DNA from: Mobula hypostoma
Lineage: Eukaryota
Direction: 5' to 3'
Assembly (NCBI RefSeq): GCF_963921235.1
Contig: NC_086118.1
Span: 29,142,001 to 29,206,000 of the forward strand
Length of the DNA: 64,000 bases
Positions within the stretch are counted from its first letter, which is position 1. Every line of letters begins with the position of its first letter. The translations under genes were made by a program, and so were the position numbers. Below the pieces are notes generated by a model that was not told where the DNA came from, did no database searches, and saw only the letters and a program-made list of their open reading frames with translations. Below are positions 24,566 through 36,890 of the stretch, one piece after another.

Positions 24566-27500
24566 CTTTCTAGTTGGTGTTCCTTTCCTTTTGGTAATAA
24601 ATTCAGTAAATGGGGATTAGTACAAACTACTTGTACAACTGCAGGTCCAAATTTTCCCACAGTCCCATGTTTTATTGAATGTAACTCAATCTAATTAATT
24701 GATCTTCTATTATAAAAGAAGGAATTGGAAAATCTCTCCATAATCAAATAAAAATCAGGCATGTTTTGTTGTGTACTTGAGTATCTTATACTACAAATTT
24801 TATTCAGCTGAATAACAGGAATCCTATCTAGTTCATATGAAACAGCCTATTTTGGGTGCTTCAACAGGCAAACCTAAGCCTAGCATTATTTTAAATATAA
24901 AAGTTCATTCTTTATGCTTTCAATTACAGCAAAATTACAGAGCAGTAGGTTTTCTTTTTACCCATTTGTCTTCCATTGTCTTAAATTGGCCCATTTGTTC
25001 CATTTAAAAAATGCATATCATAGTCTTAGCTTCTTAACTTGGTGCTTTCATTTATTATTTCCTGTACTTGCACACAAAGAGACAAGAAATCACTATTAAT
25101 AGATGGTAGGGGAACCGTAGAACAGCACCTGCCATGTGAAGGTTGAAATAATGGCATCTCAGCACTGCTTCTTTCCCCCAGGGGCAACCATACAATGAAG
25201 AAAATGCTGTGAAATAGGCACTGCTGCATATGAGCTCGATGACTACAAAGAGCTAGCTTGGTTTTGTAGTGTATGTTTTAAATACAGCATTTTGCAAAGA
25301 TACAGATCTTGACCTGGAAACATTGTATTGCTCAAGCGACCTTGAAATGAAATCACATTTATGTGCTACTTTCTTTTTCTTGAGTGTCGGGGTGAAGCAG
25401 CAATAAAAGATAACTCAGACTGTGTCACTTAGTATACAAGACAGCCAGTAACAGATGCTAATTGTGTTTCACTGCACACACTCCAAGGCACAAGATAAAT
25501 GGAAGCTGAGTGAAACTGTGATATGTCTATGTAGTCCAGGGAGAGAGAGAGACTACAGATCTAGTCATATCAAATTAAACTACCTATATACAACTATTGA
25601 TAAATAATTAGCAACAATCTGTAAGTGCGCAAATGTAGTGGTTACACTGGGAGATTTAAAGTTCTGCCTCTAAATATTTAGTTTAATTTATACGTTTGAG
25701 GTACCAAAGCTTTTCATCTAGAGGGAGCCTCTATAGTTTTGTCAATGAAATGTAAAGCAGTTCTCAATAGTATTACTCCAGCTTGTTGATGCAATAGTGT
25801 ATATTTTATAAATATGCACTCTAGAATGAGGAATCTATTGACACTCCGTGGACGTTGATTGAGTTTTACTTTTGAATTTGATTTTAAAAGGACACATGTG
25901 CTGTACCACATTGCTTTTACTAGCAGACATTAGGAGAATGTGCCCTAATTAATAACCTCTCATAGCCTTGGACTTGGCAGTCACTGTAAAGGTTGCTGCC
26001 TTTCTATTTTATCAGCCCATTGCTGATAGTGGCAGCCAGCAATAGCCCTGTGGTGCATGCATGAATGATCATCTGGTTTTCTTTGAAAAATTCATGAGGC
26101 CGAATTGTTAGCATGTGTAATTACTGTGTAATAACCAAGGCTTAGTCTGCTGTTTGTCCAAATAGGGGAGGGATAGCTGCATTTAAAAGGAGTCGGTGGG
26201 GTGGGGGGGAGCGGGGTTTTGAAAGTGCAGTCATAGGTGGTCAGTAGTCATGCTTGTAGTTATATCTGGTCAGAATTTTGCAAATAATATCTTTAACCAT
26301 CCTTTAACTCAAAACATATTGCAAAAATTGAAAAATGAGGACCCACCCCATGATCTGTTACTCAGTTTATAGGCAATTTTTTCCACACAGGCAGGATGTT
26401 AAATTTGTTCAAGTACAAATATTTAATGTTATGGGTCAAAACTGTGAGCTTTTTTATACAATTTTGTGGGGTGATAAGCATGAAGGAACTATCTCTGCCT
26501 TTCCCTTTTGTATGTGCCTTTGTTTTTATATTAACAAGTGGTGTTTTGTTAATATTTAGAAGCTATCTTGAGAAAATGAAACTGCTAGGAAATTTAAATA
26601 AACAGAATGCAAAACATGTCATTTTCAATGCAGTATATAAAAGAGGAGATTGGGGCAATAATTGGACCATACTGATTTTAAAAATGCATTAATGGAAGCC
26701 ATTTAAACATTTTGATACTCACAGGCAGTTACCTATGCCTCCTGATAAAAATCGTGCAAGATTGGCAGAATCCATTTTCAGAGAGAAAGGCTAGATTGTG
26801 CCTGTCAGTTTCTGGTAAAGTTTAATAAATTTCATGTCATTCTAAAGACCAGCTAGTGACGAATGGCCCAAGGCAAATAAAACATGATGAACATATGATA
26901 CTGTAGTTTAACACACTCACTCATATGCTTGGTCCAATACCATTATGAATACTAGCTTATTTGCTGTCAATGGCTATCATGTGGCACATTTTGCTAACCA
27001 CTCAAAACACATGTAAGCACCCCAGGCAAACTAATCATTAAAATGTATGATTATCAGTCATTGCAGTTTTGGGCAATTATTTTTTTTCATTTAAATATTC
27101 ATTTCCATCTTGCCCACATTCATTCAATGTCTGCTCTCAGAAGAAGTTCTTTATCATTATAGTGATTCAATTCTCAGTTGCATCAAAGATGTGGCCAGCT
27201 ATCTTCCATTCTGGAATATTGATCAGACTGTGCATTTATTACGATATTTAACAATTTCCCCAAAAGATGTTCAATGGAAGAGTAAACAGCTTCGGGTTAT
27301 GCTTAATTCCTATACAATATCTACTAATTATTCATTACACTGTTTGAAGAATGGATATTTTAGGATACTTGCTAATTAATGGATATTGTTTTTTTTAATT
27401 AATCAATCAAAACTCATTGTATTATGTGGAAGCATGCTGAATGTAAAGCTTAGCCCCCTTGTGTCTACAATTAGTTTAGGCTGCTAAGTGCCTCTTTGAA

Positions 27501-27654
27501 TTTTAATCAGGTACTTCAAAAAAAAGCAGGTTGCACCAAAGGAAGTAAAAGAACTGATACATTTGCAAATAACAATCTCACATTTAATATAGGAATAGCT
27601 AGCAAGATAAGGGACATTTAACATCCTTAGCCCAATTTGTAATTAATTCATTTT

Positions 27655-27780
27655 TTTCTTAGATAGTCCCTGGGGGTCAAGGATGACCTACTGCCTCTTC
27701 AGTTTTGTAGGTTCTGAGGTGGCTGATAAGGCCATAATGGAACATCCAGATTCTACCTCAGATGGGGCAAGAGGGAAGGC
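27655..27780 (-). mobile_element. RTE-clade 3' end fragment
   Basis: The reverse strand reads gcagtaggtcatccttgacccccagggactatctaagaa, homologous to 8030-8065. Confidence 0.55.
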
Positions 27781-30669
27781 TGTCACATTTAGGAAATTCA
27801 TGTAATTTTAAATATTTAAATTCAAAATTGCATTGGAGAAAGTTTTGGAAAAACACTCACATAACGATGAAACTAGGATATTAAAATTACAAGGAAAATT
27901 ACCGCTATGTATCCTTAATGCGCAAAGGTAAATGTTGCCAAATTGTTTCACAGCAAATGTGAGGCCATAGACTTAAAATTAGCACAAACTTCAAATTAGA
28001 TGAGACTTTAAAAAATCTCATTGTGCATGCGTAGAATGAAACTTCATAGTAAGAAAATGTTGATTCTTTTCCAAATTGGATTGGAAATATGTTTTATTCT
28101 AATTACAGTGCTTGTTGAATAGGTTTATAGTCCCTACAATATCTTTGCTGGAGTGTGGGAGGTAGTAGAATGTTACCTAAAAGAATGTATAGCCCAGGGT
28201 GGAAATGTAGCAAAATTTAGAAATGCTAACATTTTGTTCAATTATCTTGCAGTATTTATATAAAGTTTCCCCATGGGATAATAAACAGATTGGCTGAAAT
28301 CCATGATAGGGTGGTTGAACTTGATCAGCTGAGCTGTCATTTCTTAATCCATGTTACATTATGTTAGTCATGATGTGGTCAAGTCAGTGCAACATGCTAT
28401 CCCAGCACTGACAAACTGTAGAATCATTGCTCCGGCATCACCAACAGTAAAGCAGCTTTGCAGTAATCGACTAAGATTAGGTGGGGCATTTAAGACAAAT
28501 TACTGATTGGCACGCTAGTCAAGAAAAAAATATGGTCTTCATCTTGAAGAGATATGTTCAGAAACTGTCCAAAATGTGATCAATTTCTTTCCACAGATGG
28601 AAGCTCCTGTGGTGTGATTCTGTATCTGCATTATGACAGACAGTGACTAGAATGAAATACAAGGCTTGGTGGCTGCAGTGCACAGCCAGGATATGAATAT
28701 AATGACTATTTTTCAACCAGCCAACCAAAGCTTTATTAATGCTTTTGGTGTCATACTGTCTGTATTCCGTATTCGATTGATATATTGAATATTTTTAAGC
28801 TAAATATTTCTGCAGAATTAAATTTATGGGGTATATGAAAACATTAGCATTTAAAATAATTAGAAATAATAACAGACTAAATTAGTGATGTTATATTACA
28901 GACTCTTTCCCTGGCAGATAAAAGATCAAATGTACATACCTAATGATTAATCAAGTAGTAATTTTAAATAGAAATGCAGAATTGGTAATGGCACAAATCC
29001 CACCAAAAACCCAGTGTTTTTTTGTTTAAACTGTGATATATAGAATAATAATAGACAATGGCAGTAAAGTACCAACTGACAATTTTACAAAGTATCCAGT
29101 TACATGCTCTGTCTGATGTGACATTTATATCTGCCAGAACATGAAAAAAAGATATAAAATATTTTTGTTAACGACAAAAACTACCAGTTAACAAAATATT
29201 CAGCATTGTTATTTTGAAGGCAGCTATAATGGGCTACGCTAGTTTGAAGGAAAATATAAGTGTCATTAAAGATAAATTTCCAATTATTTATTTTCTTCCA
29301 TCATTATCTGTATTCTGTATTGATATTTTAGCAGATCATTTCTTTCTTCAAAATGTTCAGCAAATCCATTGTACACAGATAGCAAAAAAGCCTTCAGGTT
29401 CTTTGTTTTTGTCTTTTCTCTATTTACCCTGAAACGTATGCCATTTTGATTAAATGTCTAACCAATAGACCCAAACACAATTTTCAGCAGTTTTTTTTAC
29501 AAAGTAAATTAGAGAATGATTCTCACGTTAGCGTCACCATGAGTAAGATAGGCTTTTCAGTATTTATGTGACCTCAAGGTCACCTGAAGGAAAGCAGCAT
29601 TAATCAAAGTGACACCCGGGCTAGAAACCTAAACTGTCCTTGTATGTGTACTGTAACCCAAAACTGAAGAACAGTGTGCCTCACCAAGTGTTTATTTCGG
29701 AGCTCCTGAAAAGCTGCAGGCAGCTAATTTTGACAATTATTCAATAAATTCATGTTAATCAATTAATATTTTTGACTGTAGAAATAGAGGAAAAATAGAT
29801 GTCCATCATTCAAATGATTTAGTCTCAATAAAAGAAAGAAACAAAATATGTTGTTTTACAATTATAGTCCGTTCTCTGCCCAACATCAGGAAATAATACT
29901 TTATATTTAATCTATAATCCTATATTCATATAGCTAAATACTGCAACGCTCCATTATGAGGATATCCTCTTCCAGAGTAGAAGCAAACGTTAACAGAAAA
30001 CAAAGGACAAAGAAAATATGTGAAACTGTATAACATTAATGAATTGAGATATGTCAGTATGTGAAGTTTTTTCTTTAGAACATTGCTTCCTATCCCCGCT
30101 TCTCTTGCAAGCTATGTTTTTGATATATTCGGTTTAGTGTTTTAATCTGCTCAAAGAGGATCTCCCCTTTCAACGATTAACTAGAAAAGAGTAAATTAAC
30201 TGACACTTACCTCAAGAAAATTAAATGATATTACAGTAATTTAATCTTCAAGATGGAGTATTCTGAATAGTCATATAAATAAATGTTCAATCTTCATAAA
30301 TACAATAAAGTAAAAATATTAAATACCTTCATAGCATCATGGGCCTGCATTACATTTTTTAATTAGTTTCAGGTTATTTGTGACAATGTCCTGTAATGAG
30401 TAGGTTTACTGTAAGATGGAATTGCAATTCTCCAAGGGCTGCAGTGACTCCAACCACTTTATTTCACATCAAGTTTAATAGCCCTGCAACCTATAGCAAG
30501 CAGTCCTTGACAAATTCACCTCAGGCTCAAACAATACGCTCTGCACCTCATCTCTCAGCTCACCCAAGACAATCATGTATGCATCTACTCCATTTTGAAC
30601 AGTCCTATTTTGTTTCCACTCCAGTTCATAAGTAATCCAGTTGAAGTAATAAATATGGTTAACAAAATT

Positions 30670-30915
30670 CAAAAGCAAAATACTGCAGATATTGGGTATC
30701 TAAAACAAAAATTAAAAATAAACTGCAAATCACCACCGATCAGGTAGCATTTAGTGGAGAGCAAAACAGAGTTAATATTTCAGGTCAATAAACTTTCCTC
30801 AGAACTGTTCACCATAACCATTCTGTTAAATGCTCCTCAGTGTAAAACGTTAAATGTTTTTGTCTCCATTGATGCTAATTGATATATGAGTATTTGAGCA
30901 TTTTTTGATTTTCAA
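30670..30915. mobile_element. Old palindromic Penelope pLTR remnant
   Basis: aaagcaaaatactgcagatattgg...agcatttagtggagag..agagttaatatttcagg followed by the opposed arm aaaacgttaaatg..tctccattgatgct..gagtatttgagcatttt. Confidence 0.6.
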
Positions 30916-30929
30916 AATTGTAACTTTGT

Positions 30930-33020
30930 TCAAAGTTCTGCCAAGGGAATATGAGGAGCTAGGGACTGAATTAAAATGCTGAACAAGGAAAGTAATCATC
31001 TTTGGATTGTTACCTGAGCCACGCACATATTGGCACAGGGTTAACAAGATCAGGGAGTTAAATACATGCTCAGAGATTGGAGCGAGTGAAGTGGGTTTGA
31101 ATTTGTGGGATGTTGGCACCAGTTTCGGAAAAGGAGAGAGTTGTTGCAATGCGGCAGGCTCCACCTGAACCAATCTGAGACTAGGGTCCTGGTGAATCTC
31201 ATAACTAGGGCAAAAAAAAGACAAAAATTTTAGAAAGGGATAAGAATTTAACTTCAGGCAACATGGAGATAAAATATTACAGAAGGGTGATAAATACAGG
31301 ACTGAAGATATTATATTTGAATGCACATTGTCTGTGAAATAAAGGGGATGCTGTTATAGCGCACTTTGAAATTGGCAGCTTTGACATTATGGGGATCACA
31401 AAGTCGTGGTTGAAAGAATATCACAGTTGGGAGCTTAACATCCAAGGAAACACATTGTATTGAAAGGACAGGCAAATCCTTAGAAAGAAGTGACATAGGA
31501 TCAGAAGATGTAGAATTCTTGAAGGTAGAGTTAAGAAATGATAAGGATAAAACATGCCTGATGGGAGTTATTTACAGGTCTCTTAACAGTAGCCTGGACG
31601 TGGAGTACAAATTACAATGGGCAAGAAAAGTCATGTAAAAAGGGACAATGTTATGGGTAGATTGAGAAACTCAGGTTGGCACTAGGGAAGGAATTTGTAG
31701 AATGCCTACACAGGATGGATTTTTAGCCTACTAGGGAAAAGGCAATTCTGGATTAGGTGTTGTGTAATGAACCAGATATGTTTAGGACACTTAAGGTAAA
31801 TGGAACTCTTAGAAAGCAGTGATCATAGTATGATAGAATTCACTCTACAGTTTGAGAGGAAGAAGCTAAAATCAGATATGTTGGTATTACAATTGAATAA
31901 ACGCATGAGAGCGGAGCTGTTCAAAGTTGATTGAAAGGGGACACTACCACGGATGATGATGGATCAGCAATGACTAGAGTTTCTGGGAGTAATTCGGAAG
32001 GCGCAGGATCAGTTCACTCCAAAGAAGTTGTGGGAGGCTAGGAGATTGGGAATGCTTTTAAAATCCAACAGAAAAACAGTAAGGAGAGAAAAGATTAAAT
32101 ATGAATGTTGACGGTTTTGTGGTCAAGATTGTGGATGTTACAAAGGTAAGTGGAGGATCAGATGGTTTTGATGAAGCAGGGAGTATGCAGAAGGACTTAG
32201 ACAGATTAGGAGAATGGGTAAAGAAGTGGCTGATGGAATACAGTATACGGAAATGTATGGTCAAGCACTCTGGTAGAAGGAATAAAGGTGTAGACTAGTT
32301 CTGGAACAAGAAGTGAATTCTGAAATCAGAGGTGCAAAGGAACTTGGGAATCCTAGTGCAGCATTCCCTAAAGTTTAATTTGCTGGTTGAGTGGGTAGTA
32401 AGGAAAGCAAATGCAATGTTAGCATTCATTTTGGGAGAATTAGAATATGATAGCAGAGATGTAATGCTGATGCCTTATAAGGCATTGGTCAGAGTAAGTT
32501 TGGAGTATTGTGAGCAATTTTGAAACACATATCTAAGAAAGGACCCTTGGAGAGTGTTGGGAGGAGGTTTACAAGAATACGCCAGAAATTGAAGGGTTAC
32601 TGTATGAGAAGCTATTGATGACTTTGAGTCTGTACTCACCGAATGATGGGGGATCTCATTGAAACCTGCTGAATACTAAAATACCTAGATAGTGTAGACA
32701 GAGAGAGGATGCTTTCAATAGTGGGAGAGTCTATGATCAGAGGGCACAGCCTCAGAATAGAAGTGCATCCCTTTAGAGCGGAGATGAAGAGGAATCACTT
32801 TAGCCAGAGGGTGGTGAATCTGTGAAGTTCATTGAACCAGCTGTAGAGGCCGAGTCTTTGGGTATATTTGAAGTGGATGTTGACAGGTTCTTGATTAGTC
32901 AGAACAGCAAAGGTTTCAGAGAGAAGGCAGAAGAATGGGGTCGAGACAGAAAATAAATCAGTCCTGATTGTTTGGAAGAGTAGTCTCAATGGCCTAATTC
33001 TGCTCCTATTTCTTATTGTC
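30930..33020 (+). mobile_element. CR1 LINE (ORF1 C-terminus, endonuclease, RT C-terminus) with internal deletions
   Basis: Esterase end (ggctccacctgaac), EN start (tatttgaatgca..., 'WELNIQG'), ORFs 32101-32523 giving QKDLDRLGEW..W.MEY and KANAMLAFI...LVR..LEYCEQF; CR1 tail ttcttattgtc. Confidence 0.85.
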
Positions 33021-33072
33021 AAATATTTCCTCCCACTGGCTGTTCAACATTGGACTAGCCTCCGTATACATG

Positions 33073-33724
33073 CACTCAGTGGCCACATTTTTAGGTACAC
33101 CTGTACACCTACTCATTAATGCAAATATCTAATAACTCAATCATGCGGCAGTAAACCAATGCATAAAAGCATAAAGACATAGTCAAAAGGTTCAACTGTT
33201 GTTATCAGAATGGAGAATAAATGTGATCTAAGTGTCCTTGACCATGGAATGATTGTTGGTGCCAGATGGGGTGGTTAGAGTATCTCAGAAACTGCTGATC
33301 TCCTGGGATTTTCACGCATAAAATTGTATAGAACAGAGGTTCTCAACCTTTTTTTTTATGCCATGGTGCCTTGCCATTAACCAAGGACTCTGTGGACCTC
33401 AGGTTGGGAACCATTGCACCAGATTTTTCAGGGAATGATGTAAAAATCAAAAAAAAAATCCAGTGAGCAGCAGTTCTGTGGATGAAAATGCCTTGTTAAT
33501 GAGTAGATCAGAGGTGAATGGCCAGACTGGTTCAAGCTGACAGGAAGACAACAGTAACTCAAGTAATTACTTGTTACAACAGAAGTGTGCAGAAGAGCAT
33601 CCCTGAATGAATCAACATATCAAACATTGAAATGGATAGGCGACTGCAGGAGAAGCCCATGAACATACATTTAGTGGCCACTTTGTTAGGTAAACGAGGT
33701 ACTTAATTAAGTGGCCACTGAGTG
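33073..33724 (+). mobile_element. Non-autonomous Tc1-like DNA transposon
   Basis: TIRs CACTCAGTGGCCAC...GTGGCCACTGAGTG with TA on the right; N-terminal transposase remnant MENKCDLS..DHGMIVGAR.GG*SISETADLLGFS from 33210. Confidence 0.85.
33334..33416. mobile_element. 83-bp hAT/Charlie-type MITE nested in the Tc1
   Basis: Ends CAGAGGTTCTCAACCT ... AGGTTGGGAACCATTG (imperfect TIRs); no clear 8-bp TSD. Confidence 0.65.
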
Positions 33725-34138
33725 TATAAGCATTGTTATTTAATTTGCTAATATTACTATCGATCATTTGACATGCTTCAAAATCTAAGTTATTCAATAA
33801 AATTTCAATTTACTCAATAGTAACGTTTTGTCTTCATTCAAGAATCTCAATCTTACCCAATGGTGCAGACCAAGTAATTATCATCTCTTATTAATTGTCT
33901 ATAACAGTAGATACCAAATTACTTGGATAAGCTTTTTGATAATAAACGTACTGAGTAATGTAGTTGAATATTGTGTTGGACAGTGTGTGGAGCTTACCAA
34001 CTCAGAAAATATGGTCTTATTCACTAATGTTGCAGTTTCCCTCTTCAGGAAGCTGCATACTCATTAAAAACATTCTACATTGGTGAAACTGTAACTCCGA
34101 TCTGCATGACCACCAAACTGTTGATTTAAGTTTGCTAC

Positions 34139-34478
34139 TGAAGTTTCAAAGGTACATTTAATGTCAGAGAAATGTATACAATATACACTTTGAAATGGTT
34201 TTTCTTTGCAACCATCCACAAAAACAGAGTGCCCCAAAGAATGAACGACAGTTAAATGTTAGAACCCTGAAGTCCCCCCAGCTCCCCGTCCTTCCATGCA
34301 TAAGCGGCAGCAAACACAATCCCCCCTCCCCCCCACCGGCAAATAAAAGCATCAGCACCTGCCACCGAGCACACAAGCCTGAGCAAAGCGAAAACAAAGA
34401 CACAGGCTTGCATTTACCCCGAAGACTACATTGTTCCCAGCATTCGACATACCACAGGCTCTCTCTCTCCCGAATAAG
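34139..34478 (-). mobile_element. 3' part of a further non-coding retroelement family
   Basis: The reverse strand ends ...ctgacattaaatgtacctttgaaac; homologous to the insert at 16378-16510. Confidence 0.6.
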
Positions 34479-35713
34479 TCAACTACTTTGAAAATTTTCC
34501 ACCTATAAATCCTGTTGACTTGATTGTAAAAGTATCTTTTCAAAATGATAACAAGGGAGAGCAGTGGTGAACCTTTGTGTATTTTGTCTTGAGCCCTAGT
34601 TCTGAAAGCTATGTCAGATGAGGGCTGTCATCCAACCCATTCTAAACTGTGATAATCTCCCCACATTTCTGTTGAAGTAATGTAGCCTTATTGGACAACA
34701 CCTGAAGAGAGTTTACTGCTGGGATGAGATTTTCTTGAACTTCCTGTTAAAGATATTATTCCTATTTTGTGATCATAAGCAGTTATACCAGGAATAATTA
34801 TAGATTTATGTCATTTTGTTTTCTCCATCTCTTAACACTCTTCATAGTTAACACAGAGTGGAGAAGCAAATTCATAAATGCATTTATTTTGAAAAGCTAG
34901 TGGACTTCTTAGTAAATTCCTTCATTTGAAATCACAACTAAAACTATAGGTATGCCTCACTTTTATTAATTTGTGGTTCAGAAAAATTGAAATTCCTCCT
35001 TATCATCCATATTTCATTAATTTATACTTTTTAAAAATCTAAACAAAGATAACAACATAGCAAGGTAAATGCTGGTAAATGAGAATTACGACATGATCTT
35101 TACTGGAGAATAAATGAAATATGATATCAAAGGACTGCTTTAACATTTGAACCTTGTGAGATTTCAATAGAAACTTGTGATCTTAATGAATCAAAACATT
35201 TCCTTAAACCATTGTTAGAAGTTAATAGTTTGGAATTGAGTTCTGTGTTAAATTTTGGAATCAGAATTCTTGCTAGACTTCTTTTGGGTGCCCAGAGGAA
35301 GGATGGAAATACAGTGGACATGGGTGTTATATGAATCTCAGTAAGTTCCATCTATTTGTAGGTTAATATAAACGCACAATGATTCACAATTTATCACAAA
35401 AAGAAAATTCCAACACAATGCAGCTCATACAAAACTGTTGTCTACATTCAATTCTAAAACAATTACTCAGGAGAAGTGTGAGTTTCATCATACAATTAAA
35501 ATATTTATCTTTGTGCTGGTTTTCAAAAACCATGAAACAAGTAATATGTGAAGCTATTTACTTTGAAAAATTGGTAATTTGTTCAGGGAGATAGAAAACA
35601 AATGGGATCAAAGTCCAAACAACAGGAATTCTGCAGATGCTGGAAATTCAAGCAACACACATAAAAGTTGCTAGTGAACGCAGCAGGCCAGGCAGCATCT
35701 CTAGGAAGAGGTG

Positions 35714-35751
35714 CAGTCGACGTTTCAGGCCGAGACCCTTCGTCAGGACTA
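35714..35751 (-). ncRNA. Minimal type I hammerhead ribozyme motif (left arm)
   Basis: Exact reverse complement of 36853-36890. Confidence 0.8.
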
Positions 35752-36170
35752 ACTGAAGGAAGAGTGAGTAAGGGATTTGAAAGTTGGAGGGGGAGGGGGA
35801 GATCCAAAATGATAGGAGAAGACAGGAGGGGGAGGGATGGAGCCAAGAGCTGGACAGGTGATAGGCAAAAGGGATACAAGAGGATCATGGGGCAGGAGGT
35901 CCGGGAAGAAAGACAGGGGGGGGGGTACCCAGAGGATGGGCAAGGTGTATATTCAGAGGGACAGAGGGAGAAAAAGGAGTGTGAGAGAAAGAATGTGTAT
36001 ATAAAAATAAGTAACAGATGGGGTACAAGGGGGAGGTGGAGAATTAGCGGAAGTTAGAGAAGTCGATGTTCATGCCATCAGGTTGGAGGCTACCCAGACG
36101 GAATATAAGGTGTTGTTCCTCCAACCTGAGTGTAGCTTCATCTTTGCAGTAGAGGAGGCCGTGGATAGAC

Positions 36171-36560
36171 ATGTCAAAATGGGAATGGGATGTGGAATTA
36201 AAATTCATTCAGGGCCCCAAACAGTCCTTCCAGGTGAGGCAACGCTTCACCTGTGAGTCAGCTGGGGTGATATACTGCATCCGGTGCTCCAAATGTGGCC
36301 TTTTATATATTGGCGAGACTCGACGCAGACTGGGAGACCGCTTTGCTGAACACCTACGCTCTGTCCGCCAGAGAAAGCAGGATCTCCCAGTGGCCACACA
36401 TTTTAATTCCACATCCCATTCCCATTCTGACATGTCTATCCACGGCCTCCTCTACTGTAAAGATGAAGCCACACTCAGGTTGGAGGAACAACACCTTATA
36501 TTCCGTCTGGGTAGCCTCCAACCTGATGGCATGAACATTGACTTCTCTAACTTCCGCTAG
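36171..36560 (+). CDS. GIY-YIG endonuclease domain of a Penelope-like element (129-aa open frame; first ~12 codons come from the inverted arm)
   Basis: FTCES.GVIYCIRCSKCGLLYIGETRRRLGDRFAEH...VATHF...LEEQHLI..L....P.GMN: VIY/YIG motifs with intervening CxxC, two downstream His, and the R, E and N positions intact; expression unknown. Confidence 0.8.
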   Translation: MSKWEWDVELKFIQGPKQSFQVRQRFTCESAGVIYCIRCSKCGLLYIGETRRRLGDRFAEHLRSVRQRKQDLPVATHFNSTSHSHSDMSIHGLLYCKDEATLRLEEQHLIFRLGSLQPDGMNIDFSNFR

Positions 36561-36852
36561 GCCCCACCTCCCCCTCGTACCCCAGCTGTTACTTATTTTT
36601 ATACACATATTCTTTCTCTCACTCTCCTTTTTCTCCCTCTGTCTCTCTGAATATACCCCTTGCCCATCCTCCGGGTCCCCCCCCTCCTTGTCTTTCTTCC
36701 CGGACCTCCTGTCCCATGATCCTCTTGTATCCCTTTTGCCTATCACCTGTCCAGCTCTTGGCTCCATCCCTCCCCCTCCTGTCTTCTCCTATCATTTTGG
36801 ATCTCCCCCTCCCCCTCCAACTTTCAAATCCCTTACTCACTCTTCCTTCAGT

Positions 36853-36890
36853 TAGTCCTGACGAAGGGTCTCGGCCTGAAACGTCGACTG
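36853..36890 (+). ncRNA. Minimal type I hammerhead ribozyme motif (right arm)
   Basis: UAGUC-CUGACGA-AGG(GUCUCGG)CCU-GAAA-CG-UC^GACUG: stem I UAGUC/GACUG, conserved CUGANGA and GAAA cores, 3-bp stem II, palindromic ACGU stem III, GUC cleavage triplet ending at 36885. Confidence 0.8.

Noticed and set aside
28585..28700. Coding exon after tttccacag|ATG
   Set aside because: Stops follow quickly in the frames examined and there is no good donor.
35668..36057. 129-aa ORF and its mirror at 36619..36936 as a duplicated gene
   Set aside because: These are antisense readings of the purine/pyrimidine-skewed pLTR; their identity simply reflects the inverted repeat.
36171..36560. Group I intron/homing or bacterial UvrC-type GIY-YIG gene
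   Set aside because: The CxxC between VIY and YIG, the pLTR with hammerhead and the TSD identify it as Penelope-like.
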